Assembly (NCBI GenBank): GCA_022813965.1
Contig: JALDZS010000023.1
Coordinates: 124,001 to 188,000 of the forward strand
DNA from: Toensbergia leucococca
Lineage: Eukaryota
DNA length: 64,000 nt
Direction of reading: 5' to 3'
The notes under the pieces were generated by a model, which was given only the letters and a program-made list of their open reading frames with translations, did not search any database and was not told where the DNA came from. How positions within the stretch are numbered: position 1 is the first letter of the stretch; every line of letters begins with the position of its first letter. A program made the position numbers and the translations under genes. Shown here one piece after another: positions 1-10,970 of the stretch.

Positions 1-373
1 ACGAGCCCGTTAAGAAGGTGTGTATTTTCTGTTTTACTTGATTCATTGCAGTACACTTACCAGTGCGCAGCCAACAGGAGGTGTTATTCTGTTGAATGAT
101 ACTGCTCCAACGGAGTCAAAGTCACTCATGGAGCTTAAAGCAAAGAAAAACGTCAAATCAGCCGCCGCACCCGAGACTCTACAAGATCGAGTTAACGCCG
201 CTTTCAGCAACGCGAATTCATTGGGGGAGTCCACAGCAGGAGCAGGAGGAGCAGCAGAGGCTGTTGGTGTACTGACAGCAGTGGATGAGGATGCCGAAGG
301 TGAAGAAGCCGCAGAAGTGCCGAGAGAATTCGAATACTACTCTGATGGAGGTGGTCCAGAAGAGGAGGAATGA
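1..373 (+). CDS. RPN2: 26S proteasome regulatory subunit Rpn2, 3' partial (exons <1-17, 71-373)
   Basis: Removing intron 18-70 (GT..CAG) gives EPVKK|PTGGVILLNDT..ELKAKK..AVDED..VPREFEYYSD, which matches the recalled fungal Rpn2 C-terminus. Confidence 0.75.
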
Positions 374-806
374 AGGGAAACTTCTTGAGAGAAATCTCTG
401 TGTTACTAGCATATTGTGTTCTTTGTATGCCAGGACCTGCTTCAAGGAAAAGGCAGTGACAAAGCGTCGACAGGGGTATTTGGGGGCAATAGATATGCAT
501 AGCATTGTATAACAGAGGCATTAATCCTGAATTAGATGAAACTCGGCGCAGGAGATGAGAAATTCAACAATTTCTACGATGATTCCGGCGCGAAGTGTAT
601 TCATTATATATGGATTGAGTATCTGTATGTCGCTGTGAAGGCTGAAGGGGGCACTGTACACAACGCATAGGGCTGAATCCAAGTTGCAACCTGTCGCTTC
701 GCTTCCCAAATTCCTCATAAATAAATCCAACCCCCCAATCAACAACCACAAACCCACCAAAACTAAAAACAAACGCTTCCTCCCCCACCCCTCAAAACAA
801 AAAAAA

Positions 807-1738
807 ATGGACCTCCTCCGCTCAACCCTCCAGCCCCTAACCCACAACCTCCCCCCACCGCTCCCCTCAGCCCTAACCTCCCTCCTAGGCCCCACCTGCT
901 ACCAAACCCTCATCCTGGACCTAAACCCCACCCACACCCCCTGCCTCACCCTCCTCGTCTCCAAATCCCTCTCCCTCCTCATCCTCCTCGCCTCCTCCAT
1001 CGTCAAAATCCCCCAACTCCTCAAACTCCTTTCCAGCCGCTCCAGCACCGGCCTCTCCTTCCCCGCCTACGCCCTCGAAACGACCGCCTACCTCATCACG
1101 CTCGCCTACAGCGCGCGCAAGGGCTTTCCCTTCAGCACGTATGGCGAGACGGCGCTGATTGCGGTGCAGGATTTTGTGATTGGTGGGTTGGTGCTGGGGT
1201 TTGCGGGGAGGTGGGCTGGGGCTGCGGTGTGGGGGGTAGGGGTTGTGGGCGCGGTGGGGGTGTTGATGGGGGGTGGGGTTTTGGGGGAGAGGGAGTTGGG
1301 CTGGTTGCAGGTTGGGGCCGGAGTGTTGGGGGTGGTTAGTAAGGTCCCGCAGATTTGGACGGTGTGGAGGGAGGGGGGGACGGGGCAGTTGAGTGCTTTT
1401 GCTGTGAGTTTTTTTCCCCCACCTCCCTTGTTGGCGGGGGGCTGATGAATTGAGCTGATTGGGGGTGATAGGTGTTCAATTATCTCATCGGGTCGCTGAC
1501 GCGCATTTTCACGACCATGCAGGAGGTGGATGACCAGCTGATCTTATACGGGTATCTGGCGGGTTTCGTGCTCAATGCCGTCTTGGCGGCGCAGATGGTC
1601 TACTACTGGAACAGCCCAGCCACGGCGAGCCATGCGGCGGAGATTGGGACGCGGCCGGAGAAGATTGCCATGGGATCGGGAACGGGGACGGGGGCTGCGG
1701 TTAAGGGGAAGGGGCCGACGACTCGGCGGAGGGGCTAG
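807..1738 (+). CDS. MPDU1: Mannose-P-dolichol utilization defect 1 (PQ-loop) protein; intron 1404-1471
   Basis: Two PQ loops (SSIVKIPQ, SKVPQIW), GFPFSTYGE and TGQLSAFA|VFNYLIGSLTRIFTT motifs; GTGAGT..TAG intron restores the frame. Confidence 0.9.
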
Positions 1739-1878
1739 GGAAGGTTGGTGGGTGCTGCGGTGGGGGCGGTTTGAAGTACGAGAGGAAAATGATGCGGATG
1801 ATCTCTGTTGACGACAAAGCTCCAGTTCCATGTGATCCTCACAAAAACGTCCCCATCGTCTTCTGTCTCTCCGCTATC

Positions 1879-2667
1879 TCACCAAAGCCCACCTTCCTCA
1901 TCCCCCCCCAATTTCCTAACCTCCACCTTCGTCTTCTCCCTCAGCACCCTCCTCAAATTCTCTTCAAACCCCCTCAACAACCTCTCCCCAACTCCCCCCT
2001 CCTCAACCTCAACGACCAAGCATTCCAACTCCCCCAGCCCCCGCAACCCTTCCACCCACTCCGTCCCCACCTCAAAAACCCCCTCCCCAACTCCCCCACC
2101 AATCCGAACCCTCAACCTCCTCAACATCCCAACCCGCCCCAAACAGACCTTCCACCCTTCCCTAACGCCCCATTTCACCAAATCTCGCTCCAAAACCCTA
2201 ACGCTACAACTCCTCACCTCCGTGACCTGCCAATCCTGCAAGCGGCGCAGGAAACTGCGCCAGCAGAAGATGCCGCTGCCGTACCAGTTGAGGAAGGTGA
2301 AGGTATTGGTGCGGAAGGGCAGGAGGCGGCTTTCGTGGTAAATTTGGCGGCAGGTGAGGAGGAGGGAGATGGTGATGTTGGAGTGGAAGAGGCGGAGGTG
2401 GGTGTGTGTGGGTGCGGTTGGGGGGTGCAGGGAGAGGGCGTGGGTGTAGATTTTGAGACGGAGTTCGAGGGGGAGGGCGAGGAGGGAAGAGAGTCTGGTG
2501 GTGGGGGGTGGATTGCTTGTGGGGGTGGGGAGGGTGATTAGAGCGGTGGCGGGGGGCGGGTGGTGTCGTTGTTGTTGAGAGGAATGAGCTGGTGGATATG
2601 CGGATATGGAGTCAATGGAGCTCAGCATGAGCGAGGGATGCTGGGCGGACTGGATTAGGGTTGCCAT
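1879..2667 (-). CDS. Fungal hypothetical protein with F-box-like N-terminal motif
   Basis: 262-aa ATG ORF with SLLALPLELRLKIY and SLLLTCRQIYHE..FRTNTF motifs typical of a widespread fungal family. Confidence 0.7.
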   Translation of the reverse strand: MATLIQSAQHPSLMLSSIDSISAYPPAHSSQQQRHHPPPATALITLPTPTSNPPPTTRLSSLLALPLELRLKIYTHALSLHPPTAPTHTHLRLFHSNITISLLLTCRQIYHESRLLPFRTNTFTFLNWYGSGIFCWRSFLRRLQDWQVTEVRSCSVRVLERDLVKWGVREGWKVCLGRVGMLRRLRVRIGGGVGEGVFEVGTEWVEGLRGLGELECLVVEVEEGGVGERLLRGFEENLRRVLREKTKVEVRKLGGDEEGGLW

Positions 2668-3193
2668 AGGTTTTTGGGTGCGAGGAGGAGTCTTTGAAGA
2701 GAGGATCGAGAGACGGGAATGGACGTATTGATATGTCCTGATGATTACGAAGAGTCAGCTCAGCTTGTAGCCGCGCTAGGGTAGTCAAGAATACTTTAGT
2801 ATCAGCCGTTTTTAGAGCTCATCACCTATCAGCCCCGTCTAGCGTTGCTGGTTGCTGACAAGGAAACGAATCCGCCTGATAACAACGAAGCGAATCGGAT
2901 TAATGAATAGCTTGTGGGGGGAAAACCACGAATGTTCCTTCAAGTATGGTTTTAGATCGTACGGAGATTGATGTAGTTGAATGGTGGATTTGGAGTGCTC
3001 GGCAGTCAGAAGGTCGGACCAGAAGGAAATATAATGTAGTAAATAAATGCAGCAAATAGTCGATAGATTCAAGTCGACTAGGTATATTCTAGGTATCTTC
3101 TGTCAAAAGCGCCTACTTCATAGTGTCTCTGGAATTGGCTGTCAGTGATTAGCGCTCTTGAATCTTAAGATCGATGTGTCGTGCAAGTATATT

Positions 3194-4042
3194 TCACGTT
3201 TTAGGCTCCGCTCCAGTCATCAGAAATCGAAAGACGTCCTCCATGGGCAAAGCAATACCAATTGCTTCTGGCTCTTTGTGTTCGCGTTGTTTTGCCAAGT
3301 CAAACTCCAAGCCTGCCGCCCCCGACTTTCGCCGCACGCCCACGACTTCCATCTCATCTCCGTCCACAGCCTCATCTTTAGCGCTTTCATCCTCTGCGTC
3401 TTCATCATCTGACGAATCTTCTGACGAATCATACTGGCCAGCTTTCAATTTTCGCCGCAGTCCTGTAAACACGTTATCAATCCCCCCCTCCTGCTCCTCG
3501 AGCGTATAATCGCCGGCCCAAGGATGCTTGCGTGCCAGCAGGTTCGCCGCCATGCCCGCCCAAGACCATAGATCCTTCAATTCTGTCGCCTTTGCACTGC
3601 CATTGGTGTCTCCATATTGCACAGCATCCATGGCTATCTCTCGCCCTTTTTCGACCCAGTCTTCAACGTTGGGTTCGAGCTTCTTGCGCAGTAATTGGCC
3701 GAGGAGATTCTCCTGGGTTTTGCCAGGAAATGCCGGGAGAGGGTACACTGACATGGAAGCGAGTAAATCATGGTGATTAGTAAGGTGTTGCGAAATGGAG
3801 GCTAGATTTTGGGAGATGATTGCAGCAAGAGATTGCAGTGATGACCTATGCGGTACTTAGAAGAGCTCTCGAAGGCACAGCATTTAAGAGTTCATCGTAT
3901 GACATTTGAGCACTAACCAAGGTGGTAGAGGATCGGCCTGGTAGATGTTCTGCTGCAACGAGGCTAGAGAATTGGTGAGCTGCAAAAGCCGCTGTCGAGT
4001 CTGGTCTAGAGTTTTGATTTCTTCTTGCGATAGAGTAGCCAT
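3194..4042 (-). CDS. MED8: Mediator subunit 8; intron 3917-3846
   Basis: MATLSQEEIKTLDQTRQRL..PLPPW|SSLQS..VYPLPAFPGKTQENLLGQLLRKKLEP is the Med8 signature. Confidence 0.9.
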
Positions 4043-4591
4043 GTTGAGACTCTCAAAAGTTCAGCTAGCGTTTTTGGTATGAGTAGTATGGAAAGTTGGA
4101 AACATGCAAGGTCAACACGAAGTAATTGAAGTGAGTGTGCTCTAGCCTTTTCATCGATCGGAGGGTCCGTAAGTTAACACTCTAAGCATAGCTGTCATCA
4201 TGTTCAACTCATGGTGGTAGCTCCTGTATGTCGAAGGATTGAGCCTCTTCACTGGAATGCATACAAGTACGAGTACCATGTGCGCTTGAAACACTTTGAC
4301 CTTAGTGCTCGTACGATAAGGTTTAGGGCAGGCCTTGCATCTCTCCTATTGGCTATTTGCGTGTCAAGGTTACTCGTAGAATAAGTGACAAACAGGTTGC
4401 CAACCTCCAGCCTGCGAGATACCGGCACCACCGGTACCTAAAGTAATCCTCAATCCATCTTATAACACTTCAAAGGTTCGATTTGTTTTGGTTCATACTC
4501 CGGCTTCTACGAGTGCTACATACAACCGCCAGCCAAGGCTAATCGTCAACGCAGGAAAAGACAAGCTTCAATCAATTTTACAATCATGACT

Positions 4592-6543
4592 TCAGAGCTT
4601 CATTCCCAGTGCCTTGTGAACCCGCAATGCCTGTCGGATGCTCAGATCCAGCATAATTTCCTCACTACCGCCGGGGATAGCATATGCCCTCACATCCCTG
4701 TATAGTCTCTCTACCTATTCGGGATATTAGCTGGAGTACGTTGGAGACAACTAGGAAATATACCTTTGCTCCTTGACCTCCACGACTGTAACTAAGGCCG
4801 CCGAAAATTTGACTTGCTTCCCTGGCACAAAATTCAAAGGTCACTGTTGCCTGGGCCTTCAAGCTAGCAATCGCACCTCCCAGTTTCAACATCGCCTCGG
4901 TCTCACCCATTACATTACACTGATAAATCATGTTCTCCAGCCAGTTGTACGAAGCTTCGATCTGACGGGCCATATGCGCCAGTTTTAGACGGATAACAGG
5001 ATGATCGATGAGCTTCTTGCCAAAAGTGCGGCGTTTGTGGGCGTATTTGACCGATTCTTCATAACAGACCCGCGAGAAGCGGATACATTGAATGATTATT
5101 CCAATACGTTCGTGATTGAAATTGGTCATGATGACTGCAGTTACGTATCAACATTAGCTCTAGCAAATCACGACAGCAGCAGTAGAGATAAGCACCTTTA
5201 AAGCCTTGGTTTTCCTTGCCAATTAAATTCTCCACAGGAACTTTGACGTCTTCGAAAGTGATGTAAGTGGTTCCGCTGGCCCAGACTCCTTGACAGTCCA
5301 TCTTTCGTGTACTTACGCCTCCATTTTCTCGTTCAATGATAAGGCAGGAAACTCCATTCATTCCTTCTCCACCTGTACGCACAGCGGTTGTGAAATAGTC
5401 ACACCAAATGCCGTTTGTGATCCACTTCTTTTCACCATTGACAATGTAATGCTTTCCGTCTTCCGTGAGCTTAGCTTCGCAGGTCAGATTCGCAACATCA
5501 CTACCAGCATCTGGTTCCGTGATAGCAAGGCATATCCTCTTGTCTCCATTTAGAATGGCTGGTAATATTCGATCAACAAGGGACTTCTTGCCGAATTTTA
5601 CCAACGGGGGGCAACCGATACCAAAGCCTCCGATCAGATTCCAAACAAGGCCACCACTGCCAGCTCTCGATATCTCATCGGTCAGTATCATCTCGTGGAA
5701 GAGATCCCACTTCTCTGGTTCAACGCTCTTTACCCGATGATTTGTGAAGTTGGTTGGATACTTGTGTAAACCCATAAGACCGTTCAAGTAGCCGCGTTCT
5801 CCCATTTGCTTGTAGATGGCGTCCGGCACCTTCTTGGCTTCATCCCATTCTGAGACGTTGGGCTCGATTTCAGCTTCCACCCAGGCGCGGACTTCTGCGC
5901 GAAGAGCTACATGGGACTCTTTGAAATACGGTGAATGATACTGTTGGAATCAATCAGTTGCGTAGCATATTCAGTTGCAGGAAATTATCATACGCTTTGA
6001 TACCAGGATGGATCCGCATATGGTATGAGAGCGCCAAACGATTCGAACGGCTCCAGCTCCTCGGCATCCACAGTAGGTACCGGAGCCACTACTCCAGGCT
6101 CGGCCTGTGGTTTCACCGATTCCTTCTTCGCTGCTGGTGGAGGGGTGGCAGGAGGTGTAGGAGGGGCCGCTTCTTGTTTCTTGCTGTCTAATGATCCGAT
6201 CTGCAATTTACTTTTGTACTTCTTAAGGATACTTTCATTGTGGTACTTCCAGAACTGCTTCGAGGCATCTTTGCCGGCCACTCGCTGAAGTACTACAACA
6301 AATGGTTAATATGCAAGCCTCTCCTGTCTCAGGTAGCATTGCACCCTTACTTTTTTGTCCGCCTAAATGGTGAGTTAGCTCACTGCTCTAGTCGAATGGC
6401 GGGAGAGAAAATGTAGAATAGAACATACCGGGATGCTCTGTCTGGAACGTGGTCAAATCGTAAACATCTTCATCCACAACAACCCACAGATCATCCGGTT
6501 TTTTATGCGCCGCCAAGTCAGTCTGACTGAAAACCTTGGACAT
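4592..6543 (-). CDS. Acyl-CoA dehydrogenase with N-terminal cytochrome b5 domain (multi-exon, includes 12-nt exon 6362-6351)
   Basis: b5 motifs VYDLT..HPGG..AGKDAS; ACAD motifs CLAITEPDAGSD, NGEKKWITNG and QIFGG; ends ..HKALGMKL*. Confidence 0.92.
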
Positions 6544-6871
6544 TTTGATGACAACGAGTTTGGTTATAGTTCGGCGAGAAGGTAGAAGTGAAAGAGAGTG
6601 AAGATATACGAGATCAGGGAAGGAGAAGTGATGGATACTTGGATGTAACCCCGTCACATGCCAACACTAAATGAATGTTTGTCGGTCACGAATTCCCCAC
6701 AGACCGAAGCCGAGTACCTAATGTGTGGGCGGCAATGTCTGGACACGAGGACAAGATGTGACAGAGTAAGTAGATAGGTAGGTAAAGCTAATCTCCCTCT
6801 CCGCACCTCTGCATGGATGAGGTGCGTGTTGGCTGTTGCTCTGCGCCGAGATTCGTTGCGGAGATGACGAA

Positions 6872-6877
6872 CCTCGG
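6872..6877. promoter_or_regulatory. Candidate FarA/FarB (fatty-acid response) site CCTCGG in the ACAD/cupin divergent promoter
   Basis: CCTCGG about 330 bp upstream of the acyl-CoA dehydrogenase ATG; single hexamer, so chance occurrence is possible. Confidence 0.35.
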
Positions 6878-7061
6878 CTCTTAATCATTGGCGACAATGA
6901 CATGCATTAACACATGGCATTCATGAATCATGACCTAAAAAGCATTCGAGGATTCCTTCGGCCCGAGAGAACCCATTGATTCCTTGTCTCTCCCTTCTTC
7001 TTTTGTTCAATCCAGCTTCACATTTCCTTTTAAGCTGTTAAGGTGATACTTTGTTCCAAAT

Positions 7062-7519
7062 ATGGCACTCCAAGTCAACGTAACCAAAGCCTCTTCCCTC
7101 AAAACCAGCAGTGGCCAGACCGAGGGTATGATCCGTCAAGGTGCCATTATCGACATGTCAGACAACCTTTGCGCTTCTGGTACGCTTCGTAACCCTTTAG
7201 CATGACCAGAGCAGGCGAATAAACTCAATCCTTGCCCGCAGTCATGATGGCGAAACCTCATTCCTCGTCTACCGTCCACCACCATGGCGAACAAGACACC
7301 ATTGTTTACGCTGTGCGAGGAAAGGGTACCATTGTTTCTGAAGGCGGCAAGAAGCGCCAGGATCTAGGGCCCGGGGATTTTGCCCTCATACCTGCCCATG
7401 CAGAGCATCAGGAGGTCAACGACGGGGATGAGGAAGTGAAGTGGATTATCACACGGAGTGGCAGGACACCCGTGGTGGAGAATCTAGAGGCCTGGAGCAC
7501 CATGAAACAGCTCACGTAG
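7062..7519 (+). CDS. Small RmlC-like cupin protein; intron 7180-7241
   Basis: GQTEGMIRQGAI, HHHGEQDTIVYAVRG and GDFALIPAHAEHQEVN cupin metal motifs. Confidence 0.88.
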
Positions 7520-8099
7520 AAAGATTTACTCATGTCGTAAAAGGAGCACATGCTACATATAGTGCTACATGATGTATCTGGTGTGTGGATAAAGGTCTCG
7601 TCACGTCGGACTGGAGCTCATTGTCTGGTATGACTCTCAAGGTGCTGGCCACTTTGATTCTGATGTGTTTCAAGTCAAATTAATCATCCGAGCGTGCAAA
7701 ACGGACAGATATTCCCTCAACCTGCTGCTTGTCTACCATAAATCACTCTGCCGCCTTGAGAAAACAAATATAGTACGTTGGAAGTCTGGAAAACTGTGCC
7801 GTTCTTAGCACAATGATGCTTGTAAAGACCACTCGAGAAAAGCTGTATGCAAAGAATAGAAATCCGCCCAGCAAATTCTCTTTCATGCCCAATAATGTAC
7901 GAGAAGACGGTCCTGGATACCAAGGTGATGCGCTATAGTAATGCTCAACTGCGATGTGCTTGATCGTAGAAGTAAACTGCAACATTCGATTGTCCTCCAA
8001 ACGCGTTTCTGGCGATTCCAAAAAAAAAGTTCTCAATCAAACACCATCTCAATCATCAGTCGCAATATCGATCGGCTCTAATAAGGGCATTCCTCCATT

Positions 8100-9683
8100 T
8101 TAGGAAGAGCTGTGTTCCGGGCATCGCCCTACAACCCATTTTTCCCACATTTTTCGTTGCTGGTACACCACAAATTGTCCATTGTCGCCCAAATCGTCGG
8201 CACTGCCAGCAGTATTGCGAAAGCAAGTGCAGAAAGGCAATGATGCAGGTGTATCCGGAGATAGCGCGATTTCATCGGCTTCTGGCCCATAGTCTGTGTG
8301 GGCATCGCTGTGCTCATCCGAGGCATCCTCTCCGCTGTCGCCTTCATCTTCTTGAACACTGATGTGCGTAGGGAAATCGTCTTCATCGTCGCTGTCACTA
8401 GCCCCACCGGGTGGGTCATCGGGCACTTCAATACTATCGGACCACAGCTCGTCAAAATGAACGGCATAATCCACCCGACGCAGGCTGACCCAGTCCAGCT
8501 GGTCCATTTCCGCGCGTAGCATTGCGAGTACATCTTTCCACATACTTCCCTCCTTTAGCTGCACGTCCCGAAGACGGAGGCCTTTCAGTGTTTTACTATG
8601 CCGTCTTGCTAAAGCGATGATCTCGTCGGCTTCTAGGCGCCATGCCTGAATACCAAAAGCGCGAAGTTTCTCCCAGTGTACATGATGGAATATGTCCTCC
8701 AATCTCAGATCTAACGGAAAACGCGAAGGGAATCCAATATGCACTGCATTCAAGTTCCTAGCCGCTGAGAAAACCGTTCTAAAGAGACTCGAGAGTTCTC
8801 TCATTTTTTCATTTAGATTCAATCCGTCGTCAAAGTGAAGTTCCAAGCACGTTAGGCGTTGAGCAAGGGCAGATACAGATTGCGGGACGTTATCCTTGAT
8901 ACCGAGTGCACTCTGAGGATTCATCATCGGGCCAGAGAAGCGACTAAATGGTGATCGAGCATAGAAAAGAGCTTCGCCTATCGTCCTCGTGGCATGTGTA
9001 CAAGCAGGCATCCATCTCAAATCGACTAAAGGCATCGCTGACCCGCCATTCTCTTGTATACAGTCAAGAAGATAACGATCTGCTTCATTTTGGAGTCTTA
9101 GTATTTGTACATGCTGAAGCGAGGTGAATGCAGCCATCGCCTTTTTAAGTATGCGGACGTCTTCTCCCGATCGGATGATGCTCTTTTGTTCTCCGGCTTT
9201 TTTCTTTAAATAGGAAGCATCTAAAGGCTGTAATGAACTGCCAGCGTCATGTGAAATGTCTTCAGTATACTCTCTGCCTGGACACTGGTCAATGTCTAAG
9301 CTACCGGACTTTACTAGATAGCTTTGCCTACCTTCGACGTAGAAAAAGGGTATCAGATAGCTGAACTTCTTAGTGTGTTTTGCTAGGTTATTCCGGCTAC
9401 AGATCCTGTCTAATCTCTGAAATCCAGCGATCGAGAATCGTGTTGCGATCCGAGTGAACTGATGAGGAATACCCAATTCTGCAAATCTGCGACACACGAG
9501 TCTGAAATTACCAATATCTTGCGCTCTTGACGGTAAGGGCGGACTTGGAGGTCGAAAACTTTCGACAGAGAGGTAAGCTCGCCGGTCGATACTCACCGAT
9601 CTCTCCGGGTCTGACTCGATCTGGTCGAGAATGTCCTTGAGTAACTCGTTAGATAATTTTTGAAAGCTGGCGGTCTTCATCAT
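8100..9683 (-). CDS. F-box-like/LRR-type conserved fungal protein; probable in-frame intron 9331-9278
   Basis: FQKLSNELLKDILDQI and NFRLVCRRFA F-box-like motifs, LRR-like middle region, acidic tail. Start taken at MMKTAS. Confidence 0.7.
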   Translation of the reverse strand: MMKTASFQKLSNELLKDILDQIESDPERSVSIDRRAYLSVESFRPPSPPLPSRAQDIGNFRLVCRRFAELGIPHQFTRIATRFSIAGFQRLDRICSRNNLAKHTKKFSYLIPFFYVEGRQSYLVKSGSLDIDQCPGREYTEDISHDAGSSLQPLDASYLKKKAGEQKSIIRSGEDVRILKKAMAAFTSLQHVQILRLQNEADRYLLDCIQENGGSAMPLVDLRWMPACTHATRTIGEALFYARSPFSRFSGPMMNPQSALGIKDNVPQSVSALAQRLTCLELHFDDGLNLNEKMRELSSLFRTVFSAARNLNAVHIGFPSRFPLDLRLEDIFHHVHWEKLRAFGIQAWRLEADEIIALARRHSKTLKGLRLRDVQLKEGSMWKDVLAMLRAEMDQLDWVSLRRVDYAVHFDELWSDSIEVPDDPPGGASDSDDEDDFPTHISVQEDEGDSGEDASDEHSDAHTDYGPEADEIALSPDTPASLPFCTCFRNTAGSADDLGDNGQFVVYQQRKMWEKWVVGRCPEHSSS

Positions 9684-10970
9684 GATGAATCGAGAACTAG
9701 AGTCTGCTATGCTATCTTGCTTCGATGCGTTAGGCGTACATTTGCGGTCCAGATCGAGAATCAAATTGCATAGACGGATCGCAGTCAAAATGAGTTGAGG
9801 AAGCAGAGGTTGGAAGATGGTCAAGCACGAGACATAAGTCGGCGGGAAGGAAAGGGAGGATGTCAGACGACATCTTGCCAGCATACGACATGTCAGGGCC
9901 GGAATGATCCTCGAGGACCAGGACTGGAACGCTGGAACACTGCACAGAAATAAAAGTAGCAGCAGGGCGCCACTTTTCAATTATGCCGTCGAGTAGGAGA
10001 CAGAGACGGAAGCTGCACGACGAATCCAGCAAACATGGAGCAGCCAATTGCTGTGCAAAGGCCCCCTCCCTGCAATCACATGATCGATTTCTTCTCCCAC
10101 GGGAGGGTGGTCCCGCCTTAGACAGTGTCCAGGTGCTGGGGCTCGTGGAATGGTGGGCCAACAGGCTTGCGGATGACTGGATGCTAGGCAAGCGAATCAA
10201 CGGGAACAAGCCTGAGTGCTGCAAGATGACACTCTAGCATGGATGATGCAGCGAATCCATCATTACGAGTGTCGCTGATACGACTGACGAGACTGGACTC
10301 CGAAAGTCTATATATAAAATGGCCAGCCAGCGTCGTCACTCGGCCATAATTCCGAGCTCTGGTCGTCTGGCGCTTACTTGGGTCGAACAGCGCACCTATC
10401 GCTTCGATTCTGTGCGAAAAAGCGCCCATGAATGCTATTCTTGAGCGACACTGAGCCTTGGGTATGATGCATTGGCCCTACCTATATGTAGGACTGCATG
10501 ATCCTGTTTTGTTGACGCACTCTGACGTTGGTGTATGCAACACGAACACGTATGGAAATTAGTGCAGTCGAGAGTCCGAGTTGGTCCCACAAGGCCAAAT
10601 ATAGGGATACACAAATACCGTACTGTAAAGACCAGCCTCTATGTTTCTACGACGTTTTCAATACTGACACGCAAGGGCTACCTTAGTGACTCTAATATGT
10701 TACCTACCTTAGGTATGCTCAACATTACAGAAGGGACGAGGACAAAGTGTGCAATTATTGTACTATCAGCGATCCGAGCCTCTTACTTACGAGGTACTCC
10801 TGTTCTAAAAGCCGAGACCCGTGGAATTAGATGTCTAATACTGTCTTGAAAGGAGAGGGCCGAGGCTATTTCAAACAGATACCGTATTAATACCGATCCC
10901 CAACCCTACCCACGTACTTTTCACGCAGTAGGAACAGTACTGCCAAATAACTGATATTGGGTGATATTAG

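Noticed and set aside
1771..2541. 256-aa + strand Pro-rich then Glu/Gly-rich ORF (likewise 32553-33278, 32683-33219 and the 24135-24900 shadows)
   Set aside because: Antisense or off-frame to real genes; extreme C/G skew removes stop codons; no ATG start or family motif.
2738..2830. CTGATGA as a snoRNA C box or hammerhead core
   Set aside because: No matching D box with terminal stem and no GAAA core in hammerhead geometry.
4476..4486. GGTTCGA T-loop-like motif
   Set aside because: No cloverleaf or A box; no tRNA found anywhere in the window.
4592..4603. Peroxisomal PTS1 on the acyl-CoA dehydrogenase, or readthrough PTS1 elsewhere
   Set aside because: MKL is non-canonical, and the stops I checked lack the TGA-CTA readthrough context.
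7717..8036. Short minus-strand ORFs downstream of the F-box-like gene
   Set aside because: Probably 3' UTR; non-ATG starts and no family features.
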